Of a stretch of DNA of 32,000 nucleotides, positions 31,845 through 32,000 are shown piece by piece (position 1 is the stretch's first letter; each line of letters starts with the position of its first letter). The DNA is taken from positions 5,880,001 to 5,912,000 of the forward strand of contig NZ_CP042911.1 in NCBI RefSeq assembly GCF_008065095.1, in the 5' to 3' direction. The DNA is from Gemmata obscuriglobus (GTDB lineage: Bacteria > Planctomycetota > Planctomycetia > Gemmatales > Gemmataceae). A program made the translations under genes and the position numbers. The notes beneath the pieces are model-generated. The model made no database searches. It saw only the letters and a program-made list of their open reading frames with translations, and was not told the DNA's origin.

Positions 31845-32000
31845 TCAGCCCCGCTTCTTCTCCTCGACCTTCACCACCTCGATCTTCGTGATGATGGCCT
31901 CGCCATCGGGGGCGAAGTCACGCTCCGCAGCCTTGATCCATTCGAGCCGCGCCTGGATGACGAGGTTGTAGAGCCGGCTAAGGTTCCGGCCCGTGACAAC
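31845..32000 (-). CDS. 3' end of an unidentified gene (partial, continues beyond the window)
   Basis: The minus strand reads ...VVTGRNLSRLYNLVIQARLEWIKAAERDFAPDGEAIITKIEVVKVEEKKRG, with its stop at 31847..31845. It is convergent with the hybrid kinase. Confidence 0.4.
   Translation of the reverse strand, partial: VVTGRNLSRLYNLVIQARLEWIKAAERDFAPDGEAIITKIEVVKVEEKKRG

Noticed and set aside
1-32000. Search for tRNA/tmRNA genes (T-arm GGTTCGAATCC-like strings), rRNA and CRISPR repeat-spacer arrays.
   Set aside because: I saw no T-loop consensus with an acceptor-stem context and no regularly spaced 25-40-bp direct repeats. The only large repeats are the IS copies. A tRNAscan or CRISPR-finder run would be needed for a definitive negative.

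Overview
High-GC bacterial chromosomal segment. Hand spot counts give about 70% GC in housekeeping-type genes. The DUF1580-like protein, heavy IS load and many PAS kinases suggest a planctomycete (Gemmata-like) host, which is inference only. Layout: (1) 1-5083 is a remnant of an integrative element, all on the + strand: a frame-broken tyrosine integrase, small DNA-binding proteins, a DnaB-like helicase and a large unknown ORF. (2) 5084-7772 holds two abutting insertion sequences, an IS630-family element and an IS4-family element inserted exactly at its tip. They sit on a junction where neither flanking gene continues. (3) 7774-17592 is a host block: a DUF421 gene stub, an AI-2E transporter, a NarL-type two-component system and a run of envelope/stress membrane proteins. 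It ends in an MscS-type channel gene cut off by an IS. (4) 17588-28440 holds two identical inverted IS3-family copies and a visibly lower-GC phage-like island. The island carries an ISH3/IS4-like element that splits a gene (exactly reconstructable) and a translationally coupled operon with a HicA-like protein and a DRB0094-type RNA ligase. (5) 28441-28896 is non-coding with an orphan terminator, followed by a PAS-rich hybrid histidine kinase at 28897-31806 and a partial minus-strand gene at the edge. Five IS copies from four families make up about 6.4 kb, or 20% of the window. I saw no rRNA, tRNA or CRISPR array. All family names come from motif recognition by eye, and no database search was run.
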